Source: Armatimonadota bacterium
Lineage (GTDB): Bacteria > Armatimonadota > Fimbriimonadia > Fimbriimonadales > GBS-DC
Length of the DNA: 64,000 bases
Direction: 5' to 3'
NCBI GenBank assembly: GCA_023511915.1
Contig: JAIMAN010000001.1
Coordinates: 2,877-66,876 of the forward strand
The notes beneath the pieces are model-generated. The model was not told the origin of the DNA and did not search any database. It saw only the letters and a program-made list of their open reading frames with translations. Below are positions 42,135 through 50,515 of the stretch, one piece after another; position 1 is the stretch's first letter, and the number at the start of each line of letters is the position of its first letter. The position numbers were made by a program, and so were the translations under genes.

Positions 42135-44705
42135 ATGAAACGAGCGTTGGGGCTACTGGGCGTGCTCGGCTGGCTGCTGAGCGTGCAGCTGGCGTATAGC
42201 GTGTCGGAAACGAGCAAGCGACTGCCTGCGCCCCCTGCAGGCGTTGCCGAACTGGTGCAAGCAACCGCGAACGATTTACCCGACGGACCGAAGACCGACG
42301 GGCGACCTGGCGACTATGTGCTGCGCAATCGCGTGGCGACCTTCGTGATTGCGGGCGACCGACCGACGCACGGCTACGGACGATTCGGCGGCAGGCTCGT
42401 CGACGCCGTGCGCCACGAGAACGGACGCCAGCAGGACTTTCTCGGCGAGCAGTTTTTCGGGATCGCCGACTCGCGCGGGCTGCTTGCCGCCCGCACGCTG
42501 CGCCCAACGGCGTTCGAAATCGTCTCCCCAGGCGGCGCGGGCAAGCCCGCTATCCTGCGCGTGCGGATGACCGACGAACGCCTGCCGCTGATCGACCAGA
42601 CCACGCGCCTGCCCACCCAGCCGATGGGCGTGCAAGCGACCCTCACCTATACGCTGGAACCCGACTCGCCCACGCTGCTCATCGAAGCGAGCCTGCAGAA
42701 CACGACCGACCGACCCCAGACCTACACGCTGATGCAGGCGTGGGTGCAGGAAGACAGCATGCAGATGTATATGCCGCCGTTCGGCAACGCCAAAGCGGCG
42801 CAAGCCAGCGGGGCAGGCGCGGGCGTCATGGCGATGATTCAGACCCTGCGCGGGGCAATCCCCTTCGCCGCGGCGGTCAACCACACACTGAGCTACGGGC
42901 TGTTCCCGCTGGAGGAGCGCTTCCCCGCCGTGCAGAAGGTGCAGGACATCTACCTGTTCACGCTGCTGACGGGCGCACGCGCAGAGCCAAACGGCAGCGT
43001 CGCGGCGCGCTGGGCGTTCACCGTCGGCGCAGGCGAGACGGAGACCATCCGCGCCGAGCGCAACCGCCTGCTGAACCGCGCGGACGAGCTGACCCTCACG
43101 CAGGGCGTCGTGCAGAACGGCAACGGCGCGCCGCTGGAGAACGCGCGCGTCTACATCTTCCAGCAGAACGGCAACGCGGAGCAGTTCGCCACGGTCGTGC
43201 GCACGGACGCGCAGGGACGATTCGCGGCGCGCCTGCCGCAGGGCGACTACCGCGCGATGGCGTTCGCCGACCACCACGCCCCGCAGGAGTTCCGCTTCAG
43301 TGCGCCCACCAGCGCGCTGCCCAGTGTCAGCCTGCCCGAACCCGCGCAACTGCGCCTGCGCGCGACCGACGCCCGCAACCGCCCGATGCCGACCGCCGTT
43401 GTGTTCCAACGGCTCGACGAGCCGCGCGTGCGCGCCCAGCGACTACTCTACGGCGAGGAGGGCAACTACGGCAATTGGACGCGCGTCCACTACAGCCTCA
43501 CCGGCGACGAGACGCTGCCCGTCGAACCCGGACGCTACCGCATCACGCTGCTGCGCGGCTTCGAGTACGAAATCGCCCAGCAGGAGTTTGACCTCAAGGC
43601 AGGCGACCGCGCCGAGTTCACCGCGCAACTCGCCCTCACCGCCCCGCTGGAAGGCTATCTGTCGGGCGACTACCACCTGCACACCCTCGCCTCCGCCGAC
43701 TCGTTCGACTTCTTCGAGGACAAAGTCGCCTCGTATGTGGCGATGGATGTGCATATCATGGTCAACACCGACCACGACTACCATGTTGACCTCGCGCCGA
43801 CAGTGCGGGCGATGGGGCTGCGCAACCGCCTCGCGACCATCGTCGGCAACGAGATTACGCCGATGAACGCCATCGGGCACTTCAACGCTTTCCCGCAGCG
43901 GTATGACCCCAACGCTTGGAACAACGGCGCGATTGAGTGGTGGGACAAAAAAGCGGGCGAGATCTTCGCAACCGCCCGCAAAAACTACAACGGCGACAGC
44001 ATCGTGATGATCAACCACCCCCGCGCGCCGACGATGGGCTACTTCCTGCATATCGGCTTAGACCCCAAAACGGGCGAGATCAAGCGCCCCGATGAACTCA
44101 GCGAGGACTTCGACGCCATCGAGGTGATGAACGGCATGAGCGTCGCCGCCGCCGAAGCCGTGATGCAGGACTGGTTCTACTTCCTCAACAAGGGCAAGCG
44201 CGTGCTGGGCATCGGCACGACCGACAGCCACCATGTGTTTCGCCTGCAGCCGGGGCTGCCGCGCACCTATGTCTACTTTGGGCATCGCGACCCGTCGCGC
44301 GTGACGCCTGAAAACTTGGTGCAGCAGTTGCGCAAGGGCGATCTTGTGGTCAGCAGCGGTCCCGTGCTGACGCTGACCGCCGCCGACCCGAAGCGTCCGC
44401 GTCAGCGCGTGCGCATCGGCGACACGCTGAAACTGCAGGGCGACGCCATTCAGCTCGAGGTGCAGGCGCGCGCGGCGTCGTGGGTGCGCGTCAAGTCGCT
44501 GCAGGTGATTGTGAACGGCACGGTCGTGCGCGAGGAGCCGCTGAACCAGCCCGACGGCAAGCCGCTGGACTACAAGGCGACGCTGACCGTGCCCGTGCAG
44601 GGTGAGCGCGGCTGGGTGCTGGTGCGCATCGTCGGCGAACGGTTCACCGCGCTACTGGGCGACGCGCCGATGGCGTTCACCAACCCCGTGTATTGGGAGC
44701 GATAA
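42135..44705 (+). CDS. secreted multidomain protein with a CehA/McbA-like (PHP-type) metallohydrolase domain
   Basis: The signal peptide is MKRALGLLGVLGWLLSVQLAYS. A CarboxypepD_reg-like segment follows (GVVQNGNGAPLENARVYIF...TDAQGRFAARLPQGDY). YLSGDYHLHTLASADS and GIGTTDSHH are also present. Confidence 0.7.
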   Translation: MKRALGLLGVLGWLLSVQLAYSVSETSKRLPAPPAGVAELVQATANDLPDGPKTDGRPGDYVLRNRVATFVIAGDRPTHGYGRFGGRLVDAVRHENGRQQDFLGEQFFGIADSRGLLAARTLRPTAFEIVSPGGAGKPAILRVRMTDERLPLIDQTTRLPTQPMGVQATLTYTLEPDSPTLLIEASLQNTTDRPQTYTLMQAWVQEDSMQMYMPPFGNAKAAQASGAGAGVMAMIQTLRGAIPFAAAVNHTLSYGLFPLEERFPAVQKVQDIYLFTLLTGARAEPNGSVAARWAFTVGAGETETIRAERNRLLNRADELTLTQGVVQNGNGAPLENARVYIFQQNGNAEQFATVVRTDAQGRFAARLPQGDYRAMAFADHHAPQEFRFSAPTSALPSVSLPEPAQLRLRATDARNRPMPTAVVFQRLDEPRVRAQRLLYGEEGNYGNWTRVHYSLTGDETLPVEPGRYRITLLRGFEYEIAQQEFDLKAGDRAEFTAQLALTAPLEGYLSGDYHLHTLASADSFDFFEDKVASYVAMDVHIMVNTDHDYHVDLAPTVRAMGLRNRLATIVGNEITPMNAIGHFNAFPQRYDPNAWNNGAIEWWDKKAGEIFATARKNYNGDSIVMINHPRAPTMGYFLHIGLDPKTGEIKRPDELSEDFDAIEVMNGMSVAAAEAVMQDWFYFLNKGKRVLGIGTTDSHHVFRLQPGLPRTYVYFGHRDPSRVTPENLVQQLRKGDLVVSSGPVLTLTAADPKRPRQRVRIGDTLKLQGDAIQLEVQARAASWVRVKSLQVIVNGTVVREEPLNQPDGKPLDYKATLTVPVQGERGWVLVRIVGERFTALLGDAPMAFTNPVYWER

Positions 44706-44724
44706 CAGCCACACGCCGATGGTA

Positions 44725-44748
44725 GGGGCAGACCCCCGTGTCTGCCCC
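44725..44748. terminator. GC-rich hairpin between convergent genes (possible bidirectional terminator, no U-tract)
   Basis: The hairpin is GGGGCAGAC-ccccgt-GTCTGCCCC. Confidence 0.3.
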
Positions 44749-44760
44749 CCGCGAGGCGTC

Positions 44761-45543
44761 TCAGCGCAGGAGCCCTGCGCCGATGCCTGCAGCGGCAGCG
44801 AGCAGCGTGCTGATGCCGTTGACCGCGTTGTTGTCCAGCCCGCGCACGCCGCGCAAGTGTTGCGTCGGCGCGTTGCAGCAGCGCGCCTGCTCCGTGAGCG
44901 CGTGGCACTGGGCGCACCAGTAGCGCGCCTGCAGCGTCGCGCCCAGCAAGCTGTCCAGCGCCATGCCCGCGACGCCCAGCCCTGCCGCGAGTGCGAGCAA
45001 CTGCCCCTCGCCTATCAGCGGCGCGCCGAGGCAGGCAATCGCGCACGCGCCCGCTACGCCGCCCAGCGTGCCCTGCCAACTGACCCCGCCCGATTCGCCC
45101 GCTGCGATGCGCCGCCCCGTCGTGAGCAACCACACGGGGCTGCCAAAACGCACCCCGAACTCGGTCGCCCAAGTGTCCGCTGTCGCCGTCGCCAGCGCCG
45201 CCATGGAGCCCAGCCAGAACGCCTCCGCATAGGCAGGCGTCAGCGTCGCGCCCCAACCGCACAGCGCAGGCGCGAGACCGTTCGCCAGCACCTGCGCTGC
45301 GGTGCGCCGCTCGGTCTTATGCGGGCGTCCCAGCAGGCGCGGCAGCAGGCTGCTGGAGAAAAAGAAACCGACCATCGGCGCGCTTGCCCATAGCCCTCCT
45401 GCCCCGAACACGCTCGCGCCGACCCCCACCGCCGCCCACGCGCCCCCAGCCGTCAGCAAGCGCAGGCGATACGCCACACCCGCAATCAGCCCCGCAAGGC
45501 ACAGCCCGACCAGCCAGTTCACCTGCGCATCGCCCCGCGCCAT
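44761..45543 (-). CDS. DUF92 (TMEM19-like) integral membrane protein
   Basis: The translation shows FFFSSSLLPRLLGRPHK...QVLANGLAP and ATADTWATEFG. I trimmed the 463 aa track ORF to the ATG at 45543 because its N-terminal part is antisense to the SRPBCC gene. Confidence 0.7.
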   Translation of the reverse strand: MARGDAQVNWLVGLCLAGLIAGVAYRLRLLTAGGAWAAVGVGASVFGAGGLWASAPMVGFFFSSSLLPRLLGRPHKTERRTAAQVLANGLAPALCGWGATLTPAYAEAFWLGSMAALATATADTWATEFGVRFGSPVWLLTTGRRIAAGESGGVSWQGTLGGVAGACAIACLGAPLIGEGQLLALAAGLGVAGMALDSLLGATLQARYWCAQCHALTEQARCCNAPTQHLRGVRGLDNNAVNGISTLLAAAAGIGAGLLR

Positions 45544-45567
45544 TATACCGACTCGGCGAAACTCAGG

Positions 45568-45573
45568 TACAAT
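45568..45573 (+). promoter_or_regulatory. candidate -10 box agg-TACAAT, 9 nt upstream of the ATG
   Basis: The sequence reads ctcaggTACAATacacacactATG. Confidence 0.4.
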
Positions 45574-45582
45574 ACACACACT

Positions 45583-46080
45583 ATGAAACTGTTCCGTTTG
45601 CAAACCGAGCAGGTCATCCCTGCGCCGTTGGAAACCGTGTGGGACTTCTTCTCCAGTCCCGTGAACCTGAAGACGATTACGCCGCCCTACATGGGCTTCG
45701 ACATCCTGACGCCTGTGCCCGACAAGATGGAGGCGGGGCTGATTATCGCCTACACCGTGCGCCCGCTGCTCAATATCCCTATGCACTGGGTCACCGAAAT
45801 CACGCATGTCGAGCCGATGCGCTTTTTCGTGGACGAGCAGCGGTTCGGACCCTACCGCTTCTGGCATCATCGGCACACTTTCACGCCTGTAGAGGGCGGC
45901 GTGCTGATGGAGGACTTGGTCTACTACGCGCTTAAGCAGCCGCTGATTGACGGCATCATACACCGCCTGCTGGTGCGCCCGCGCTTGGAGGAGATTTTCG
46001 AGTACCGCCGTCGCAAAGTGGAGGAGGTTTTCGGCGCGCCGCGCACGCACCACGCAGGCGAACTGACCGCCGTGAGGTAG
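45583..46080 (+). CDS. SRPBCC (cyclase/dehydrase-like) family protein
   Basis: The translation shows MKLFRLQTEQVIPAPLETVWDFFSSPVNL and FVDEQRFGPYRFWHHRHTF. Confidence 0.7.
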   Translation: MKLFRLQTEQVIPAPLETVWDFFSSPVNLKTITPPYMGFDILTPVPDKMEAGLIIAYTVRPLLNIPMHWVTEITHVEPMRFFVDEQRFGPYRFWHHRHTFTPVEGGVLMEDLVYYALKQPLIDGIIHRLLVRPRLEEIFEYRRRKVEEVFGAPRTHHAGELTAVR

Positions 46081-46084
46081 GCGT

Positions 46085-47395
46085 TCACGCCTCCACCAAC
46101 GCCTGCAACAGCGATTCAAACTCGGGAAAACTGGTCTGCACGCAGGCGACATCGTGAACCACCGTCTCGCCTGAGTGCGCGATTAGCCCCGCAATCGCCA
46201 GCGTCATGGCAATCCGATGGTCGCCGTGGCTGTGAACCTCTGCGCCGTGCAGCGGGGTCGGTCCCTGCACGCGGAAGCCGTCGGGCAGCGGTTCAATCTG
46301 TGCGCCCATCGTGCGCAGTTCGGTCGTGATGGCTTCGATGCGGTCGGATTCCTTGACGCGCAGTTCGGCGGCGTCGCGCAGTTCGGTTTCGCCGTGCGCT
46401 TGGGTCGCCAGCAGGGCGAGGATGGGCGCCTCGTCGATGAGGCTGGGCACAAGCGCGCCGCCGATGCGCATCGCGCCGATGGGCTGCGCCCGCACACGCA
46501 GAGTCGCCGTCGGCTCGCCCGCCTGCTCGCCCACTGCCTGCCACTCCAGATGCACGCCCCCCTGCGCCAACGCCTCCAGTAGCCCCGTGCGCGTCGGGTT
46601 CACCCCAACATGTTCGATCGTCAGGTCAGACCCTGACAGCAGCAGCGCGGCAGCCACCCAGAACGCCGCCGACGAGAAGTCGCCTGGGATGGTCAGCCGC
46701 TGCCCCTCCAGCCGTTGCCCGCCTGCGATGCGCACGCGATGCGCGCCCGCGTCGCTCATCTGCTGCTCCAGCGTCGCGCCGAAGGCGTGCAGCATCCGCT
46801 CGGTATGGTCGCGCGAAAGGCACGGCTCGGCGACCTCCGTGACGCCCGCTGCGTGCAGCCCCGCCAGCAGCAGGCACGACTTGACCTGTGCGCTGGCGAC
46901 GGGCGTAAGGTAGTGAATCCCACGCAACGCGCCCCCGCGGATCGCCAGCGGCAGGCGCGTCGCCCCGTCGCGCCCGTCGATGCGTGCGCCCATGCGCTGC
47001 AGGGGTTCCACCACGCGCCGCATCGGACGCCGCCGCAGCGACTCGTCGCCTGTGAGTACGCTGAAAAACGGCTGCGCTGCCAGCACGCCCGCCATCAGCC
47101 GCGCCGCCGTGCCCGAATTGCCTGCATCGAGCGTATCCGCAGGCTCCTGCAGCGGCTGACCCCCGCGCCCCACAATCCGCCAGTGCGCCGCGCCGACCCG
47201 CTCCGCCGACGCGCCCAACTGCTGCGCCATCCGCAGCGTGCGCAGGCAGTCGTCCGACTCCAGAAAGCCCTCAATCTCCGTCGCGCCGTGCGCCAGCAGC
47301 CCCAGAATCACCGCGCGGTGCGTGATGGACTTGTCGCCCGGCGGACGCCACACGCCCCGCACGCGCCGTGCAGGACGAATCCGCCAACTCTGCAC
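46085..47395 (-). CDS. aroA: 3-phosphoshikimate 1-carboxyvinyltransferase (EPSP synthase)
   Basis: The translation shows PPGDKSITHRAVILG, LDAGNSGTAARL and RVKESDRI. The track start at 47527 translates a repeat element. I propose the GTG at 47395 (VQSWRIRPARRV...), but this start is uncertain. Confidence 0.88.
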   Translation of the reverse strand: MQSWRIRPARRVRGVWRPPGDKSITHRAVILGLLAHGATEIEGFLESDDCLRTLRMAQQLGASAERVGAAHWRIVGRGGQPLQEPADTLDAGNSGTAARLMAGVLAAQPFFSVLTGDESLRRRPMRRVVEPLQRMGARIDGRDGATRLPLAIRGGALRGIHYLTPVASAQVKSCLLLAGLHAAGVTEVAEPCLSRDHTERMLHAFGATLEQQMSDAGAHRVRIAGGQRLEGQRLTIPGDFSSAAFWVAAALLLSGSDLTIEHVGVNPTRTGLLEALAQGGVHLEWQAVGEQAGEPTATLRVRAQPIGAMRIGGALVPSLIDEAPILALLATQAHGETELRDAAELRVKESDRIEAITTELRTMGAQIEPLPDGFRVQGPTPLHGAEVHSHGDHRIAMTLAIAGLIAHSGETVVHDVACVQTSFPEFESLLQALVEA

Positions 47396-47490
47396 GCGCC
47401 CCCGATTCGCGCCGATAAGCGAAACTCCTGCGAGGGGGGGCAGGAAATCGCTGCGTGTGGGGGAATGGTTGTATGGGCGGGACGCTGGAG

Positions 47491-47620
47491 GTTTGCCCTC
47501 ACCCCCCTTGCCCCCTCTCCCGCACACGGCGAGGGGGACTATGGAGTGCGGAAGCGAAGCTTCCGCCTAATGCTGAAGCTGCGCTTCAGCACTCCAAAGG
47601 GGCTGGGGGTGAGGGCAAAC
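47491..47620. repeat. composite hairpin repeat bracketed by GTTTGCCCTCACCCCC / GGGGGTGAGGGCAAAC arms and containing a family-A unit
   Basis: The inverted arms are read at about 47491-47506 and 47605-47620. The inner hairpin is ccccctc...gaggggg. Confidence 0.75.
47543..47595 (+). repeat. family-A palindromic repeat (three-way-junction fold), copy 2
   Basis: The sequence is GGAGTGCGGAAGCGAAGCTTCCGCCTAATGCTGAAGCTGCGCTTCAGCACTCC. Confidence 0.85.
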
Positions 47621-47649
47621 AAACACACCCGCCCAAAGGAGACGCAACG

Positions 47650-49116
47650 ATGCAAACCTACAGGCTCTACATCGATGGTGAATGGGTCGACACAGGCACG
47701 CGCTACGAAGTGCGCAACCCCGCCAACGGTGAGGTGATTGCCGAATGCGCCGTCGCGGGCGAGGCGGAACTGAACGCCGCCGTAGACGCCGCCGCACGCG
47801 CCTTCCCCGACTGGGCAGCGCGTTCCTACGAAGAGCGCGGCGAACTGCTCCGCGCCGTCGCGCAGGGCATCAAGGCACGCTACGAAGAGTTCGCTCTCGC
47901 CGAAACGCAAGAGACGGGACGCTGCCTGCGCGAAACGATGGCGCACGACATCCCCGCTGCCATCGCCGTGTTCGAATACTTCGCGGGCATCGCACCCGCC
48001 ACACTGGGCGAGACCATCCCCGTTCCAGGCATGTACCTCAACTACACGCGGCGCGAACCCTACGGCGTCGTCGGCGCGATAACCCCGTGGAACTTCCCGC
48101 TGTGGTTGGCAGCCATCAAAATCGCCCCCGCGCTGGCGGTCGGCAACACGATGGTTCTCAAGCCCGCGCCCACTACGCCGATTACCGCGCTGATGCTGGC
48201 GGAAGTAATGCACCAAGCGGGCATCCCCGCAGGCGTATTCAATGTGCTGACCGACCCGACGCCCGCTACGATTGGCGACCTGCTGACCCGCCACCCGAAG
48301 GTGCGCAAGGTCTCCTTCACGGGGTCTACCGCCGTCGGCGTGCGCGTGATGCAAAACGCCGCGACGCACATCGCCCCCGTGTCGCTGGAGTTGGGCGGCA
48401 AGTCGCCGTTTCTGGTGTTCGCCGACGCCGATTTCGATCGCGCCCTCGCCCACGCCCTGCTGGCAAACTACTTCGCGCAAGGGCAGATGTGTACCGCCGC
48501 CACGCGCATCTTCGTCGAGCGACCCCTCTACGAGCGGTTCCGCGATGCATTCGTCGCCCGCGCCCAACGCCTGCAGATTGGCGACCCGTTAGACCCCACC
48601 ACCGAGTTTGCGACCCTGCACAAGCGCGAGCAACTCGAAAAGACCGAGTTCTATGTGCGCGCCGCGCTTGAGGAAGGCGCGAAACTGCTCGCAGGCGGCA
48701 GACGCCTCACCGAGCCGCCCTTCGACAAGGGCTTCTACTTCGCGCCGACCGTGCTGGAGGAGGTGCAGCCCACCATGCGTGTCGCCTGCGACGAGATTTT
48801 CGGACCCGTCGCGATGCTGATGCCGTTCGAAGGCGAGGCAGAGGCGGTGCGCCTTGCCAACAACACCGACTACGGGCTGGCAGCGGGCGTCTGGACGCAG
48901 GACATCGGCAAGGCGTTGCGCGTCGCCCACCAGATTGAGGCGGGCAAGGTCTGGGTCAACTGCTACAACATGATTCCCCCGCAAGCGCCCTACGGCGGCT
49001 ACAAACTCAGCGGCTTCGGACGCGAACTCGGCTTGCACTGCCTGCTCGACCTTTACACGCAGGTCAAAAATGTGCAGGTAGACCTCAGCCCCGACTACTT
49101 CGAGTGGTTTGGGTAG
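47650..49116 (+). CDS. NAD(P)-dependent aldehyde dehydrogenase
   Basis: I trimmed the track ORF to MQTYRLYIDGEWV, which has AAGGAG upstream. The translation shows ITPWNFP, FTGSTAVG, LELGGKSP and EIFGPV. Confidence 0.9.
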   Translation: MQTYRLYIDGEWVDTGTRYEVRNPANGEVIAECAVAGEAELNAAVDAAARAFPDWAARSYEERGELLRAVAQGIKARYEEFALAETQETGRCLRETMAHDIPAAIAVFEYFAGIAPATLGETIPVPGMYLNYTRREPYGVVGAITPWNFPLWLAAIKIAPALAVGNTMVLKPAPTTPITALMLAEVMHQAGIPAGVFNVLTDPTPATIGDLLTRHPKVRKVSFTGSTAVGVRVMQNAATHIAPVSLELGGKSPFLVFADADFDRALAHALLANYFAQGQMCTAATRIFVERPLYERFRDAFVARAQRLQIGDPLDPTTEFATLHKREQLEKTEFYVRAALEEGAKLLAGGRRLTEPPFDKGFYFAPTVLEEVQPTMRVACDEIFGPVAMLMPFEGEAEAVRLANNTDYGLAAGVWTQDIGKALRVAHQIEAGKVWVNCYNMIPPQAPYGGYKLSGFGRELGLHCLLDLYTQVKNVQVDLSPDYFEWFG

Positions 49117-49129
49117 GCGCGTTTTGACT

Positions 49130-49162
49130 GCCTGTGGCGGGGCGAAACGCTTCGCCACAGGC
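49130..49162 (+). terminator. hairpin terminator candidate after the aldehyde dehydrogenase
   Basis: The hairpin is GCCTGTGGCG-N13-CGCCACAGGC, followed by gttcgtcttcg (a weak T-tract). Confidence 0.4.
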
Positions 49163-49175
49163 GTTCGTCTTCGAG

Positions 49176-49181
49176 TATACT
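49176..49181 (+). promoter_or_regulatory. candidate -10 box TATACT upstream of the 49201 gene
   Basis: The sequence reads cgagTATACTtcctcacAGGAGGcgcacgATG. Confidence 0.3.
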
Positions 49182-49200
49182 TCCTCACAGGAGGCGCACG

Positions 49201-50046
49201 ATGCGGTGGCTCAGTCTGTGGCTGTGTGTGATACTAACAGGGCAGCACACCCTCGCCCAAGAAACGCTCACCAACGACCCGCGCCTGCAAACGCGCATCA
49301 CCGTCTGGCTCAAAATGGAACCCCTGCGCGATACGCTGCGCGCCATCAGCAATCAAACAGGCGTCCCCCTGCGCTGCCAAGACGCCCTCCAGCACCACAA
49401 GGTCTCGGTGTTCGTGGAAGACCGCCCAGCGGGTGAGATTTTGACGCAGTTGGCGGCGTTGTTGCGGTATGCGTGGCGTAAGGATGGGGAGGAATATGTG
49501 TTGTATGTGCCTGAGGAGACGCGGCAGCAGGAGGAAGGTGTGTTGCGTGCGGGTCGTGAGGCGCGGGTGCGTGCGTTGCGGGATGTGATTCGCTTTGCGC
49601 GGGAGGCTCTCAAGAACCCGCCTGCTGAAGCGGAGGACGACGATTCGTTCTGGGATCCCCCGCAACCGAGTGAAGACGCGCCGCCTGAAGAGTGGAGTCG
49701 GTGGTCGGTATATTGGTATCGTCCTTGGGAGGCAACGCGCGGATATGCTCAAAAGCGAGGCAATTTCCCAGAGTGGGTCCTCGAAGACGCAGTGCTGTTG
49801 GCGTTGCTGGCGAAGATGCCGCCGCAGGCGGAACACGCCCTGCTGAATGGGCAACTGGTCGGTTTTAGCACGCGCCCTATGCCAGGCGTCTACCCTATGC
49901 CTGCGGAAATCATCGCGCCTCATTACATTCGTGAGCATGAATGGGACGAGAATGCTGGTAGGTTCGCACGGTTCAGCAGAACCCAGAGTATTGGGGGTTC
50001 TGGATACGGCTCCCCGAGCGCGGGAACTACTTGGAATATGAGTTAG
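49201..50046 (+). CDS. hypothetical secreted protein; probably the 5' part of a frameshifted longer gene
   Basis: The signal peptide is MRWLSLWLCVILTGQHTLAQE, with AGGAGG upstream. Protein-like sequence continues in another frame from about 49962 (NPEYWGFWIRLPERGNYLEYELVSFSQ...). Confidence 0.55.
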   Translation: MRWLSLWLCVILTGQHTLAQETLTNDPRLQTRITVWLKMEPLRDTLRAISNQTGVPLRCQDALQHHKVSVFVEDRPAGEILTQLAALLRYAWRKDGEEYVLYVPEETRQQEEGVLRAGREARVRALRDVIRFAREALKNPPAEAEDDDSFWDPPQPSEDAPPEEWSRWSVYWYRPWEATRGYAQKRGNFPEWVLEDAVLLALLAKMPPQAEHALLNGQLVGFSTRPMPGVYPMPAEIIAPHYIREHEWDENAGRFARFSRTQSIGGSGYGSPSAGTTWNMS

Positions 50047-50501
50047 TGAGCTTCTCACAAGACTCGTCCCCGCCCGATCGACGACCTTCCGAGCCTCGCT
50101 TGTACTGCTCCGCCGACCTGTTTGTGTTCCACACCTCGCCGTATGTGCGCGACCATCCATGGCTGGCGCAATGGCGCGCATGGGCGACGCCACAGAAAGA
50201 ATGGGAACCGCGCATTCCTGAACGCGCCCTGACCTCGCGCGACGACCGCCCTAAGCCGCAGTTTCCTTCATATGGGTCTGATAGATACTTATATAACAAC
50301 TACATCATAAATAGCGCGGACTTGCTGGAGTGGTTCGCATGGAGTACACGATCTTCCAGCAACGCGCCGAACCTGTGGATGTGCGCATACTGGAGGCGAA
50401 ACTCAAGGAGTTGGAGAAGCGGAATGAAGATACCCAAGTCCAGAAGCCGTGAAGAGGCAGCAGTGAACGCTCCCACATCTTTGACCGCCCCGCCCGTCGG
50501 G

Positions 50502-50507
50502 TACAAT
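50502..50507 (+). promoter_or_regulatory. candidate -10 box ggg-TACAAT, 8 nt upstream of the gyrA ATG
   Basis: The sequence reads gtcgggTACAATtccttgtgATG. Confidence 0.4.
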
Positions 50508-50515
50508 TCCTTGTG

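Noticed and set aside
44761-46152. The full 463 aa minus-strand ORF.
   Set aside because: Only the C-terminal 260 aa look like a DUF92 membrane protein. The N-terminal 200 aa are antisense to the well-formed SRPBCC gene at 45583-46080.
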